From a virus: a stretch of 64,000 nt of DNA. The position numbers and the translations under genes are program-made. The notes under the pieces were generated by a model. It saw nothing but the letters and a program-made list of their open reading frames with translations. It was not told the origin of the DNA and made no database searches. The stretch is taken from the IMG/VR virus record IMGVR_UViG_3300045988_147571; one strand, 5' to 3'. Shown piece by piece: positions 9,786-20,777 of this stretch (the first letter of the stretch is position 1; every line of letters starts with the position of its first letter).

Positions 9786-10404
9786 TAAAATTTACGCAGA
9801 ATATGAGCTGTTTATGGCAGGTCGTATTGACTGGGCTGGATTTGTACAGAAAATCTATGAAGCCTTTGATAAGAAAATCAACGATATGGTATATGCAGCT
9901 GTAATGGCAGCAGGTGAGAAGGTTCTCCCGTCTACACAGTTTAATAAGACAGGTACACTTTCATCAACAACAAAAGATGAGTTTATGACTCTGATTGAAG
10001 ATGTACAGATGGCTACAGGTGATGAAGTAGTTGTTATGGGTACCAAATCTGCTCTTGCAAAACTTTCTGCTATGGAAGATATCACTTGGGTATCTAATGA
10101 GATGAAAAACGAAAGACATACTACAGGTCGTTTAGGTCTGTTTGAAGGTATTCGTCTTGTTGAAATTCCTCAGAGATTTGCAAATAATGATACAACTACT
10201 AAGTTAGTAGATAATACTAAGCTTTTGATTATGCCAGTAGCTGATAATAAATTTATCAAGATCTACAATGAAGGCGACGCTCAGATTAAAGAAGTATCTG
10301 ATGGAAATACAAATATGGATAAAACTATTGAGTATGAATATCAGCTTAAAATGGGTGTAGCTACAATTATTGGTAAACGATTTGGAGTTTGGACACTCAA
10401 ATAA
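9786..10404 (+). CDS. major capsid protein, exon 2 (putative)
   Basis: The frame is open from 9769. The predicted junction reads ..TSWYG-I-KIYAEYELFMAGRIDW... The ORF-track Met at 9814 has no RBS and is probably internal. Confidence 0.6.
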
Positions 10405-10414
10405 AAAACTACTT

Positions 10415-10440
10415 AAAGAGGTGGGGGCTTCCACCTCTTT
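10415..10440 (+). terminator. intrinsic terminator after the capsid gene
   Basis: 10-bp GC-rich stem AAAGAGGTGG/CCACCTCTTT with a 6-nt loop. Confidence 0.65.
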
Positions 10441-10464
10441 AATTGATTAAAAAGGAGTAATAAT

Positions 10465-11004
10465 ATGGCAACAACAAGAAGAGCTGCAACAAAAACTGTT
10501 GCTACTACTGAAAATACTGCAAAGGAAACAGCTCCTGTAAAGACTACTAAAAAGTTTGAACAGAACGAACTTATTGAGTGCCGTTCTTTGGTACAGGGAA
10601 CATTGTTTATGCCTGGTAAACAGAGTGATATTTTATATCGTTGGGACGGTTATGGAGATATCCGTGAAGTAGAATACAGAGATTTATATTCTCTTAAATC
10701 TAGTCGGTCACCATATATTTATGATCCATGTTTCCAAATTGAAAATGATGAATTATTAGAAGATCCTAGATGGAAAGATGTAAAAGATCTCTATGATAAT
10801 CTTTATGATACTTCTGATATTAATCAATTTCTTGCTCTCTCACCAGCTCAGTTTAAGAAAGCACTTGCTGAAGTTCCTAAGGGACTTAAGACAGCAATTA
10901 AAATTGAGGTGGCAACCAGACTGGATAATGGTACATTTGATTCTATTCAGAAAGTACGTGCTGTAGATGAGATTTGTGGTACAGAGTTAGAAAAAATGAT
11001 TTAG
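10465..11004 (+). CDS. hypothetical head-module protein
   Basis: 179-aa ORF with AAGGAG RBS. Basic, Thr-rich N-terminus. No motif recognised. Confidence 0.5.
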   Translation: MATTRRAATKTVATTENTAKETAPVKTTKKFEQNELIECRSLVQGTLFMPGKQSDILYRWDGYGDIREVEYRDLYSLKSSRSPYIYDPCFQIENDELLEDPRWKDVKDLYDNLYDTSDINQFLALSPAQFKKALAEVPKGLKTAIKIEVATRLDNGTFDSIQKVRAVDEICGTELEKMI

Positions 11005-11014
11005 GAGGTATCAT

Positions 11015-11464
11015 ATGACCTCTTATGAAACAGTATTTAAACGATTTGAAAATAAAGTCGAAGACATAAAAGTATTGAAATTAGCATCTGATGACTGGAC
11101 TGAATTGTGCTTAGAATGGCTAAATAGTGCTATTGCAATGATTGAGTTGGACAAGTTAAAAATAGAGCATGATTTAACTAAAAAGAATGATGTTTTGTTT
11201 GAGTTCGAGGAAACTCTTACCAATGGAGAAATTGAAGTAATTGCTCTGTATATGGTCGTTGCATGGTATGACATTCGTTTGAACTCTTTAGAACATACTA
11301 ACATGTTTTATGGTTCAAAGGATGAAAAATGGACCAGCCAAAAGGAACATGCTAATTATATTATGAGTATTCAAAAGAAATATAAAAAGGAAGCCAGAAA
11401 ATATTTTAGGAATCACTCTTCCAGAAGTAATTCTTATCTGGATGGTGAACAAAATGAAATATAA
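11015..11464 (+). CDS. head-tail connector or adaptor (putative)
   Basis: 149-aa ORF with GGAGG RBS. Position and size fit head-completion proteins. Confidence 0.4.
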   Translation: MTSYETVFKRFENKVEDIKVLKLASDDWTELCLEWLNSAIAMIELDKLKIEHDLTKKNDVLFEFEETLTNGEIEVIALYMVVAWYDIRLNSLEHTNMFYGSKDEKWTSQKEHANYIMSIQKKYKKEARKYFRNHSSRSNSYLDGEQNEI

Positions 11465-11768
11465 ATATGGGACTTTTAATGACAATCAGTTTTCTGATTA
11501 TATAAAAATACTACATAATAAAATTCATTGGCTTTTAATATATCAAGAAAATGGCTATCCAAAATTAAGTATCTATTTTAATAGTTTACAATTATACATT
11601 GCAGGATTGGCTGAATTGATTTCATCTCCTTATATAATTGATTTAGCAAACACTATAGAATGTGCAAAAATAGAATTTGAAAGTAATGATTTTAATCATG
11701 ACAAATACAGAAAATTAATATTTGATGCACATACTATTATAGATAAGATAGGTGATAATCATGAGTGA
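11442..11768 (+). CDS. hypothetical head-tail joining protein
   Basis: 108-aa ORF that overlaps its neighbours, suggesting translational coupling. Confidence 0.4.
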   Translation: MVNKMKYKYGTFNDNQFSDYIKILHNKIHWLLIYQENGYPKLSIYFNSLQLYIAGLAELISSPYIIDLANTIECAKIEFESNDFNHDKYRKLIFDAHTIIDKIGDNHE

Positions 11769-12819
11769 TATCTTTAAAAAAAGAATGGCCTTATGCGGTA
11801 ATACAGTATCTGATAGTATTCGTATTCAATCAGATGAAATCATGCAAAAGACATTCACAAATGATCTAGGATATAGACAATGTAAGCTATATTCTAGGAC
11901 GATGGAATACTTAGAAGATGTCGAAATTAAATATCAGTATTCTCAAGTCTACACAATCAATAAAGACCAGGTTGAGTATCTGGCTCAATTCAGACCTGGC
12001 TATTTTCCTGAAAAAAAATATATGGAACCTGATGGAATTGAACGTTTTGGTTTTTATATAGAAATACCTGATAAGAATACAGGTGTACATGAAATGTGGT
12101 TAATCTTAGGAAAGAATGATAAGAACTCTTTTATAAGATATAACATTCTTAAATGTAATTGGATGTTTAAATGGGTAAAAAATAAACAGATTTATAGTTG
12201 TCTCGGTATAATAAGAAACCGCAATAACTACAACAGTGGCGTATGGAGTGATGGATTCTTTACGTCCGTAGATAATCAATCACAGTTTATTATTCCTACT
12301 ACCCCAATTACAGAAACAATTGATTATAATGATCGTTTTATGCTAAGTGACTCTATGATTAGACCTTTAGTTTTTGAAGTATCAAAACTAGAAGATACTT
12401 TCCCATGTGGAGTAACTAAAGTAACGCTTAAACAGGATCATTTCAATAAAGTTACAGATAATGTTGAATTAAAAATATGTGACTATTATGACTCTCCGGT
12501 TATTCCTCAAGAGCCAGAAATAGAGGACATTGTTTTATCATGTTCAGGTACTAATAGAGCTTTACGTGTTGGAGGCTCTAAAAGAACTATTTCAGTTGCG
12601 AGTGATATTAAAGATAAATCTGTCATTTGGTCTTATGAGTTCAATGGAAACAAATTATCTGTAGAAGAATTATCTAATGACTTTGAAATCTCTGAAGGTA
12701 AGAATACGTTAAGTATCAAAGCTTTGTTAAATTATAATAATTTAGGAAAAGTAATAAAGATTATTGCTACTCTTCCAAATAAGCAACCATCTTCTATTGA
12801 ATTGGAGGTGATGCGATGA
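11752..12819 (+). CDS. hypothetical structural protein
   Basis: 355-aa ORF. GTG at 11752 or ATG at 11761. The C-terminal part looks beta-rich and Ig-like. Overlaps its neighbours. Confidence 0.5.
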   Translation: MIIMSDIFKKRMALCGNTVSDSIRIQSDEIMQKTFTNDLGYRQCKLYSRTMEYLEDVEIKYQYSQVYTINKDQVEYLAQFRPGYFPEKKYMEPDGIERFGFYIEIPDKNTGVHEMWLILGKNDKNSFIRYNILKCNWMFKWVKNKQIYSCLGIIRNRNNYNSGVWSDGFFTSVDNQSQFIIPTTPITETIDYNDRFMLSDSMIRPLVFEVSKLEDTFPCGVTKVTLKQDHFNKVTDNVELKICDYYDSPVIPQEPEIEDIVLSCSGTNRALRVGGSKRTISVASDIKDKSVIWSYEFNGNKLSVEELSNDFEISEGKNTLSIKALLNYNNLGKVIKIIATLPNKQPSSIELEVMR

Positions 12820-13382
12820 ATCAAGAGCGTATTGATAGATTATTTTCTTGTAGAAATGAACAGGGATTTGACAGTATTTCTTATGATAAGAGAAAAATCT
12901 TAGAAGATTTATACAAAGATTCAGATATTATTGAAATCTTAAATAATAAAGAACTTCAAGCAGTTAATGCGTGTCCGGAAGATTATTATAATGTAAATAT
13001 TTATTCTTTTTTAAAGATTCCAGATGCACAAAGTAAAGTCAAAAACTTTATTTGCTTTGAAGTAAATGACACTGAAATTGTATACTCAAATAATATTATG
13101 GTTTCTAAACAAATTATTTTTAGAACTATAGCTCACCAGGATGATGTCAGTACTATTTGGGGTATTGATCGACAGGATTTACTAGCAGCTTTAGTTAAAG
13201 AAAGATTTCAATGGTCAAACATATTAGGTACGCAGTTAATAAAAACATATGATTCTGGCAAAGTGGCTGAAAATGGTTATTACTATAGGAATATGTATTT
13301 TGAACAGACTGCTCCGAATGATATTCAAAATAGGCTTAAGAGTAATCGCTTAGATAAGTTAGGTCGTGATTATTATGGATAA
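12816..13382 (+). CDS. hypothetical structural protein
   Basis: 188-aa ORF with an ATGA overlap onto the upstream gene. Confidence 0.5.
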   Translation: MNQERIDRLFSCRNEQGFDSISYDKRKILEDLYKDSDIIEILNNKELQAVNACPEDYYNVNIYSFLKIPDAQSKVKNFICFEVNDTEIVYSNNIMVSKQIIFRTIAHQDDVSTIWGIDRQDLLAALVKERFQWSNILGTQLIKTYDSGKVAENGYYYRNMYFEQTAPNDIQNRLKSNRLDKLGRDYYG

Positions 13383-14166
13383 ACTTCTCATTTATTTAGG
13401 TGAGAATCTTAAAATTAATGATCAGATTACTATTTATCAACCTTCTATTCTTGATATAGCTAAATATGGAGAAAATCATTATTTTAATGTAGTTTATAAA
13501 ATATGTTCTATACCTTCTGATTATAAGTCTGAATTGTGGGATCTTGGTTATAACTATAGTAAGTTGGATGATTTTGATTTATTCATACTTCTTACTCGTG
13601 ATATAGGTGTTGAAGATACCTGTCTTCTTTTAGGTGATACTATTTCATTGAAAGATATGACACCTTTAGTCGATCCGGAAACTCATAATATAATGCTTTA
13701 TGATGAAAATACTGAATTAATAATTACTCGTGATATATACATAGAAATGATATCTTTCATTCGTGAAATGCACAATATTCATCCTAAGCGTGAACGAGCT
13801 GCAAACAAAGAAACCTTACAGCTATTAGTAGATGAAGATAGAAGAAAAAAAATTCAAAGAGTAAAAGAAACTTCTCAAGAACCCTCTCCGGGTTCTTTTT
13901 TATTGCCTTTAATTTCATCTATGGTAAATAGTCCTGGTTTTAAATATGACATTAACAGTCTTAAAAGTCTTGGAATCTATGCATTTTTAGATTCTGTTCA
14001 AAGGATTCAGGCCATTAATACTGCTGCATCCATCTCTGCAGGAATGTACAGCGGAATGGTTGATATGTCTAAGAATCCAAATCTACTTAAACAATTAAAT
14101 TGGTTGCGTGACTTATCTAATGAGTACTCCTCTTCGAGCAATGTACGAGTCACTAAAACCGAATAA
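13366..14166 (+). CDS. hypothetical structural protein
   Basis: 266-aa ORF. GTG at 13366 or ATG at 13375. Overlaps the upstream gene. Confidence 0.5.
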   Translation: MIIMDKLLIYLGENLKINDQITIYQPSILDIAKYGENHYFNVVYKICSIPSDYKSELWDLGYNYSKLDDFDLFILLTRDIGVEDTCLLLGDTISLKDMTPLVDPETHNIMLYDENTELIITRDIYIEMISFIREMHNIHPKRERAANKETLQLLVDEDRRKKIQRVKETSQEPSPGSFLLPLISSMVNSPGFKYDINSLKSLGIYAFLDSVQRIQAINTAASISAGMYSGMVDMSKNPNLLKQLNWLRDLSNEYSSSSNVRVTKTE

Positions 14167-14187
14167 TAAATCAAGGAGGAAAATATT

Positions 14188-14988
14188 ATGGCAAATTTTG
14201 ATTCTCTGGTTATTGATAGAGTCTTAGAAATTGTTGGTGAAAATAGCGATGGAGAATTACTCTATCTGTTAAACAATTTATCTAATGTTTCTATTAATAC
14301 AACTTCTGAAAGTAAAGATAAAACAGACGCTCTTGGCGTATTAATTAAGAGATTTTATACTTCCAAATCTGTAGAAGTATCTGCTGATTGTAACTTACTT
14401 TCATTCTCTATGCTGTCTCAGACTTTTGGTACAGATAAGATTGTTGCTTCAAAAGAATCTAAGATTCTTGCACCAAAAATCTTACATATTGATACTACAG
14501 GTATTAAAGAGTATACAATTCCTGAGAAGCTGAAACCGAAAGCTCCACTTACAAAGCTTTATGCTCTGGAAGCAAATGGTACTTTAGGAAAAGCATATAG
14601 CGCTTCTTCTACTGCTGCTCCATCTGCAACTGAATTTGTATATGCTGAAGACAGTGGAAAAATCACTCTTCCAACTGGAGTAACAGGTACTCTTATTGCT
14701 AAATACGAGTATGAAACAGAAAATGGTGTTAAGGTTACTAATGAGTCTGATAAGTTCCCAACAACCTCTTCTCTGACAATGAAAGTTCTTGTTGCAGATA
14801 CTTGTTCTGTAGATACTGTACGTGCAGCTTATATTGTATTCCCAAGTTTCCAGGTATCTCCAGATTGCGACTTAACACTGGAAACAGATAGTACAATTTC
14901 TTTCTCAGGTGTAGCTCAGAAAGATTATTGCCAGACTGGTGCTCCACTGTATTACATTGTAATGACAGAGGATGATGTAGAGGAATAA
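14188..14988 (+). CDS. major tail (tube) protein (putative)
   Basis: AAGGAGG RBS, 266 aa, beta-rich. Followed by a strong terminator, as the capsid gene is. Lies upstream of the tape measure gene. Confidence 0.5.
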   Translation: MANFDSLVIDRVLEIVGENSDGELLYLLNNLSNVSINTTSESKDKTDALGVLIKRFYTSKSVEVSADCNLLSFSMLSQTFGTDKIVASKESKILAPKILHIDTTGIKEYTIPEKLKPKAPLTKLYALEANGTLGKAYSASSTAAPSATEFVYAEDSGKITLPTGVTGTLIAKYEYETENGVKVTNESDKFPTTSSLTMKVLVADTCSVDTVRAAYIVFPSFQVSPDCDLTLETDSTISFSGVAQKDYCQTGAPLYYIVMTEDDVEE

Positions 14989-15002
14989 TCCTTGAATTGT
15001 TA

Positions 15003-15030
15003 TACCCCGGATTCGTCCGGGGTATTTTTA
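15003..15030 (+). terminator. intrinsic terminator
   Basis: 9-bp stem ATACCCCGG/CCGGGGTAT with a 6-nt loop, followed by TTTT. Confidence 0.7.
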
Positions 15031-15049
15031 AGAAAAGGAGGAATACTCA

Positions 15050-15367
15050 ATGAAATCAAAACCAAGAATTTGTGTAACTTGCGGCACTACTTATGAGTAT
15101 TGTCCTAAGTGTTCAAAAGATGCTGATAAACCTGTTTGGATGGTAGCTTTTCATACAGAAGAATGCAGAAAAACATACAATGTTATTGCAAAGTATAACA
15201 CTGCCGACATATCCAAAGAGGAAGCAAAAAAAGAATTAATTGGTATTGTTTCTCATAATGTAAAATTTACTGCTCCTATTCAGGAAAAGGTTGATGAAAT
15301 TATGAAAGAAGAAACAATGCAAGAGAAACCTACCGTAAAACGTAGAAAAATAGTGACGGAAAATTAA
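15050..15367 (+). CDS. zinc-ribbon protein
   Basis: CVTCG..x9..CPKC near the N-terminus. AAGGAGG RBS. 105 aa. Confidence 0.5.
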   Translation: MKSKPRICVTCGTTYEYCPKCSKDADKPVWMVAFHTEECRKTYNVIAKYNTADISKEEAKKELIGIVSHNVKFTAPIQEKVDEIMKEETMQEKPTVKRRKIVTEN

Positions 15368-15377
15368 ATACTTTATT

Positions 15378-15421
15378 AAGGGGAAAGCCGCACTATTTTT
15401 GCAGTTTCCCCTTATTTTTTT
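15378..15421 (+). terminator. intrinsic terminator
   Basis: 9-bp stem AAGGGGAAA/TTTCCCCTT followed by ATTTTTTT. Confidence 0.6.
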
Positions 15422-15432
15422 GGAGGAATTAA

Positions 15433-15642
15433 ATGGAGATTGTAATACCTAACTTAAAAGGAGTTCCTTATGATCCTGTTCAAGCCGTAAGAATTATTGA
15501 TCCACATCAACAGAAACTCTATCTCAAGCATGGGGTAAAACCATTAGATGTTTATTATAGTCCAGATGTGATCGTAATGGTGTTTGATAAGAAAGAAAGT
15601 TATCCGTATTACAAAGAATATCAAAATCATACTTTGGAGTGA
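15433..15642 (+). CDS. hypothetical small protein
   Basis: 69-aa ORF with GGAGG RBS. Confidence 0.45.
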   Translation: MEIVIPNLKGVPYDPVQAVRIIDPHQQKLYLKHGVKPLDVYYSPDVIVMVFDKKESYPYYKEYQNHTLE

Positions 15643-15646
15643 TAAC

Positions 15647-16129
15647 GTGAGGAACTATAAAAAAAGATCTAAATACGGTGTTGATCAAACAACTAAAGGT
15701 AAACAGAATCGTACTATTGTAGATAGAAAAACAGAAAAAGAAGTATGTTTCGATTCTCTATTAGAGAAAAAGTTTTATGAAGACATCATATGTACTGGGT
15801 TAGATTCCGGTGAAATTATAGATTATGAACTACAAAAGAAATACAAATTACAACCATCTTTTAAACATAATGGAAAGACTATACGAGCAATAGACTATGT
15901 AGCAGATTTTTGGGTTAAATACTCAGATGACAGCGAAAAAGTATTTGATACAAAAGGTGGAATGGTTGATCCTTCTGCTAAGATCAAACGAAAATTAATG
16001 TATTATATCTATCCTGATTTAGATTACGTATGGATTACTCATACTAAATCCACTGGTTGGATTGATTGGGATGAAAATGAAGCTTTAAAAAGAGCAAGGA
16101 AGAAAGAGGGAAAAAAGGATGGAAATTAA
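15647..16129 (+). CDS. PD-(D/E)xK nuclease-fold protein (DUF1064-like)
   Basis: ..RAIDYVADFWV..x12..VFDTKG.. fits a D...(D/E)xK restriction-endonuclease-like core. GTG 15647 is preceded by GGAG. The ORF-track Met at 15584 overlaps the previous gene by 59 nt. Confidence 0.45.
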   Translation: MRNYKKRSKYGVDQTTKGKQNRTIVDRKTEKEVCFDSLLEKKFYEDIICTGLDSGEIIDYELQKKYKLQPSFKHNGKTIRAIDYVADFWVKYSDDSEKVFDTKGGMVDPSAKIKRKLMYYIYPDLDYVWITHTKSTGWIDWDENEALKRARKKEGKKDGN

Positions 16130-16631
16130 TATTTTAGAATTTGTAAAAGAATATAAAGAAAACCCTATGGAAGCTTTAGGGAAACTTGAGGTTGAAAATT
16201 ATGTGCCGTTTGCTACAAAAAGAGCACTTATAGATACAGTTATTGAAAGTATTCTCGAATACGATACTTCTCTTCTTACATACGAACCTATGAACAAACA
16301 TTTAAACTTTGTTCTTTCCTGTGTAATCATTTATACGAATCTTGTTTATGAAGATGAAGAAGGACTTGATGCTTATGATGCATTAGTATCTTCTGGTCTT
16401 TTAGATAAAATTATTGAAATGATTGGTGTAGATTACAGCGATATGGTCGCTATGTTCGAAGAAACACTCTCTGCCCGTATTTCATTTACTAATTCTATTT
16501 CTAATAGATTTAGTGCTTTTCTGGGTGTGCTAGAAAATGTTTTTAAAAATGCATCTCCAGAGCAGTTAGATTATTTACGAAAGTTGGCTGATACAGATGG
16601 GGACAATACCACAGCTAAGAGCGCTAATTAA
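16119..16631 (+). CDS. tail assembly chaperone candidate
   Basis: 170-aa acidic ORF upstream of the tape measure gene. The call rests on position only. Confidence 0.35.
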   Translation: MEINILEFVKEYKENPMEALGKLEVENYVPFATKRALIDTVIESILEYDTSLLTYEPMNKHLNFVLSCVIIYTNLVYEDEEGLDAYDALVSSGLLDKIIEMIGVDYSDMVAMFEETLSARISFTNSISNRFSAFLGVLENVFKNASPEQLDYLRKLADTDGDNTTAKSAN

Positions 16632-17061
16632 CGAAGGAATAACTATAGGCTTACAGCAGTTCGTTAATGAATATAAGCCTAAAATGGAACAAGATGCTCA
16701 GAAATCAGAAGAAAAATATTACAATGACTATTCTTCCTGGGCTGACGGATATAGACATTTTGATTTAAAAAACATTCATACTATTACAGGTTTTGCTTTC
16801 AGTAGAAGCGCAGAGCTTAGGGCACGATTTGATTCAAGCAAAATGGCTGGAGGTCATGGAATCTGGAGACCTTTAAGTGATTATACTGCTGATCCAGAAA
16901 CTGTTTTTTCATGGGGATTTGAAACAGGTAATCATGGATGGTATGTAGGAAAAACTCCTATTAGAACTTATTGGGAACAATATTTCCGAGCAAGAAAAAC
17001 ACAAGCCAAAGGGCAAGCTACAAAATTTGTTATCAGCGGATTACATTCTGTTGGTTTATAA
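16597..17061 (+). CDS. hypothetical protein upstream of the tape measure gene
   Basis: 154-aa ORF overlapping the previous gene by 35 nt, in the +1 frame. Confidence 0.4.
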   Translation: MGTIPQLRALINEGITIGLQQFVNEYKPKMEQDAQKSEEKYYNDYSSWADGYRHFDLKNIHTITGFAFSRSAELRARFDSSKMAGGHGIWRPLSDYTADPETVFSWGFETGNHGWYVGKTPIRTYWEQYFRARKTQAKGQATKFVISGLHSVGL

Positions 17062-17078
17062 AAGTGAGGTGAGAAAAA

Positions 17079-19613
17079 ATGGCTGATTATACAATACAAG
17101 TAGGCGTAGAAGTTGAAGATAGTAAATTGGATGCGCTGGAAACACGAATTAATTCATTAAAAGATAAACATGTTAAACTCAATGTGGATTTTGGTAATAG
17201 TAAGCAGTTGGCTAGAAACGCTCAGACAGCGGTAAAAACTATTAATAAAGCTACTGTAAAAGCTGCCAAAAACAGTCCTTCAATTAAGGGGGCCAATCTT
17301 GTAGAACAAATGGTTGATCCCGAAAAAGCTTTAAAAGCAATGTCTAGTACAGTTGGCAAGCTATCTAAATATCAGGGAAAACTTGATTTAGGAGAAGTAA
17401 GACTTTCAGTTAATCAAGGGATTATGGGAGAACTAGATGGTCTTCTTAGTAAATTAAATGAAATTAAAGCAACTGCTAAGAACATGGGATCCATCAAACT
17501 TACTGTTGGTGATAATATTAAAACACAAGACGGTAAAATAGTTGTTGGATCAAATAGCAGTGCCTCTACTGGTTCTGTCAGATCATCTGGACTAACACTT
17601 AGACAAGCGCAGGCCGAAATCAAAAAAAATATGAAAACCATTGGTACTTTACAAGAACAGTATATCAATGGTCATGTTGATGAATCTACATATAGACAGT
17701 CAAAAAAAACTATAGGACAAAGAAATGCTTATTTAGCAAGAATGGTGCAAACTCAAGGTACTGCTTCTGACTGGGTTACTTCTGCTACTGATTTTAGAGA
17801 AGCTCAAGCCAAGAATCGAGCTGCCTATAGAGAGATGATGTCTAGTGCTGATGCCTATGATAAAGTAATTAGTGATTTGGGTGAAAAACAAAAAACATTT
17901 AATGAAGCTGCTCAAGTATATAATTCTAACAGTAGAAGTCCATTAAATAAGACTTTAGGACCCGGATATCAAGCAAGGCTTACAGCTTTTAATGATGTCT
18001 ATGGTCAATTAAAAGAGTCACATGATAAAATCTCCACGCTTACTGGAGATGAAAAAGATCTTGAAAAAGTACGTTTCAGCGCTCTTAAATCTGAAGCTAA
18101 TCGTCAAGCCAGACAGCTTAATAATGTGAGTCAGTTTTTCTCAAAAACTCCAAATAAATATAGTAGATCTGAATTTGTAGGTACAGACTTAGATGTGACT
18201 TCTGATAAAGTTCAGAATAAAATGTCACAAATGGTTGATAATCTTGCTAATGGCAGTAGATATACTAAAGAATTTAATGCAGCACAAGGAAAAATGTATG
18301 CTACAATAGACAGAGGCTCTGGTGTATTTGAAAAATATCAGCTTGCATACAAAAATGGGCCAGGTAATATCGATCAGTCTCTTAGCAAAGTCACTCAGAG
18401 CGTAAAACCTCTTTCTAGTTACATTTCTGAAATGGGACAAAAGTTCCGTAGTCTTAGCCAGTATCTTATCAGTAATTTCGGATTCCAAGCTTTAACAACA
18501 GGTATCAGATCAGGTGTTACATCTATAAAAGAATTAGATTCAGCAATGACTGAATTAAAGAAAACCTCTGAAGGTACAAAACAGGAATATAGAGACTTTA
18601 CTACTCAAGCTAGGAGTGACGCTAAAGATATCGGTAGTACGACTACTCAGATTACTAATAGTGCTGCTGATTTCTCACGTCTTGACTACACACTTGGCGA
18701 ATCTCAAACTCTAGCTAAAAATACTGGTATATTAAAAAATGTATCAGAATTTGAGTCTATAGATGATGCAACAACTGCTATGATTTCTATGATGAAAGCA
18801 TATGATGTAAAAGTTGATGATTCTATGGATCTCATTGATAAAATGAATCTTATTGGTAACAACTATGCAATTTCTACAGATGGAATTGCTACCGCTTTAC
18901 AAGATTCAGGTTCAGCATTGGTAGCAGCGGGAAACGACTTTGACAAGTCAGTTGCTCTTGTGACGGCTGCTAATAGTGTAGTACAGGACCCATCAAAGGT
19001 AGGCGCTGGTCTTAGAACAATTGCTTTACGACTTAGAGGCACTTCTGCTGAAGAATTATCTTCTATGGGTGAAGATACAGAAGGTCTTGTAGAGACCACT
19101 TCTAAACTTAATTCAAATATTAAATCTCTTACTGCCGTTAACGGTAAGGCTGGAGTTTCTATTCTTGATATGAATGGAAACTATAGAGATACTTATGATA
19201 TTTTAAAAGATATCTCTCAGGTTTGGGATGATATTGGTAAGCAAGATTTGGCAGATGGTCAGAATAGACAGGCTGCTCTGCTTGAAATGATGGCAGGAAA
19301 AAATAGAAGTAATATTCTTGCATCCATATTACAGCATCCTGAATTACTTACAGATGTTTATAATGATTCCGCAAATAATTATCAAAATTCAGCTCAGAAC
19401 GAGCTTAATACATACCTTGATTCTATCGAAGCAAAAACAACTAAAATTAAAGAATCTTGGTCACAGTTATGGCAATCAGAAGGTAGTACTAATACTTTTA
19501 AAGGATTGCTTGATATTGGCAACGGCGCTGTAGGACTCTTAAATGGTTTAGGACTCAATAAAACCTTAGCCGGAGTCGGCGGTATGCTTGTTAGCCATGC
19601 TATGAACTGGGGT
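17079..19613 (+). CDS. tail tape measure protein, exon 1
   Basis: Contains a TP901-type tape measure core (..DATTAMISMMKAYDV..NNYAISTDGIATALQDSGSALVAAGNDFDKSVALVTAANSVVQDPSKVGAGLRTIALRLRG..). GAGGTGAG RBS. Exon 1 ends on a codon boundary (..HAMNWG) at the predicted 5' splice site. Confidence 0.85.
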
Positions 19614-20033
19614 GGGACAAATTATCAGTTGGTCCTTTAGAAAACGCCCCATGTAACCTGGTGGTGACACGGAACGATCTCATATGAGAAAGGGGTTACT
19701 AAGCAAACAACCGAAACTGTCTTTATTCGAAGGAATAGAGAAATGCTTTTAATTTGGCATTCAGGGTGAACCGAAGTATATACTACTCCCCTATTACAGT
19801 AATGTAATAGGTATAGTAACAACGTATATATATGGGTAATCTGCAGCGAAGCTTCTTTATTTTATAGAGAAGAACGTTCATCGACTATAATGGGAACTTG
19901 GTCTCCGGATCAAGAAGGAATAGTCAGGACTGTTAGGCAGCTTACGCCGAATAAATTAAAGGGTAAATACATCTTACTCTTGTAAGCAATCTTACCTTAT
20001 GTGCAAAGGTGATGTAAGCACAAAAGCAAGAGA

Positions 20034-20144
20034 TTACTCTCCTGCTTCTTTATGTTTAATATAATATGTACAATCTTCATTTTCAAAGTAAGGACATTCC
20101 TCTTCCTTACATTCTTTGTAGAGAGGACATTCTAATATTTCCAT
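20034..20144 (-). CDS. 36-aa four-cysteine peptide (MEILECPLYKECKEEECPYFENEDCTYYIKHKEAGE)
   Basis: Hand-translated; below the ORF-track size cutoff. GGAGG lies about 10 nt upstream of the ATG on the minus strand. Last gene of the antisense cassette. Confidence 0.4.
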   Translation of the reverse strand: MEILECPLYKECKEEECPYFENEDCTYYIKHKEAGE

Positions 20145-20219
20145 AATCTTTAAACCTCCATAGTATAGTTTTGTTGACTGTCTAAAAGAAATTATTGATT
20201 AATTTTCAGAATATAACCT

Positions 20220-20771
20220 TTAATGATTTAAAAAACATTGATCTAACTCTAATAATATTTTTTCCAAATCATCTATATTGATAATAAGAAAAAATTTTCC
20301 TTTATGATCTTCTCTAATATCTTCGTCTTCAAATTGTATAGCTTTTATTTCAGTACTTGCGTTATGAGTTAATGGATGAATCATTAAACGATCATGGCAG
20401 ACAGCATTCCTTAAATGTTTAATTACATTTCTTTCACAATTATTTTCTTTGTATGTGTTTTTATAGATCTCATTATACGTCTTATTAGTGAGTCTTTTTA
20501 ATGTAGGCACATTCTGAAAATTATCTTTTCTATTAGATAGATAATTAAAATATTTCTCTTTTGGAAAAACAAGTAACCCCAAAAAAGAATTTATTAATTG
20601 AGTGACCTCATAACATTTTTGATACTCAAATTCATTGGCAAACATAATTCTTTTTAAACAAGAAATCTCTTTATTTTTATTATGTCCAGCTAATTTTTGA
20701 ATCATGAAATAATTCATTTGTGTCCTACAAATAAACTCTTTAACATAATCATCATCTTTAAAATTACTCAT
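20220..20771 (-). CDS. HEPN-like protein (R-x4-H motif)
   Basis: ..NVIKHLRNAVCHDRLMIHP.. matches the HEPN R-x4-6-H RNase signature (RN...H) in a predicted helical 183-aa protein. GGTGAT RBS. The start lies 6 nt after the stop of the upstream zinc-ribbon gene. Confidence 0.5.
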   Translation of the reverse strand: MSNFKDDDYVKEFICRTQMNYFMIQKLAGHNKNKEISCLKRIMFANEFEYQKCYEVTQLINSFLGLLVFPKEKYFNYLSNRKDNFQNVPTLKRLTNKTYNEIYKNTYKENNCERNVIKHLRNAVCHDRLMIHPLTHNASTEIKAIQFEDEDIREDHKGKFFLIINIDDLEKILLELDQCFLNH

Positions 20772-20777
20772 AAACTA

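Noticed and set aside
16561-16640. Programmed -1 frameshift between the two ORFs upstream of the tape measure gene (G/GT-type chaperone pair)
   Set aside because: The downstream ORF is in the +1 frame, not the -1 frame, relative to 16119..16631. I see no XXXYYYZ slippery heptamer in the 35-nt overlap. A +1 event cannot be excluded, but nothing in the sequence supports it.
19637-19822. 61-aa minus-strand ORF
   Set aside because: It falls entirely within the catalytic core (P1-P6 region) of the tape measure intron and has no start signals.
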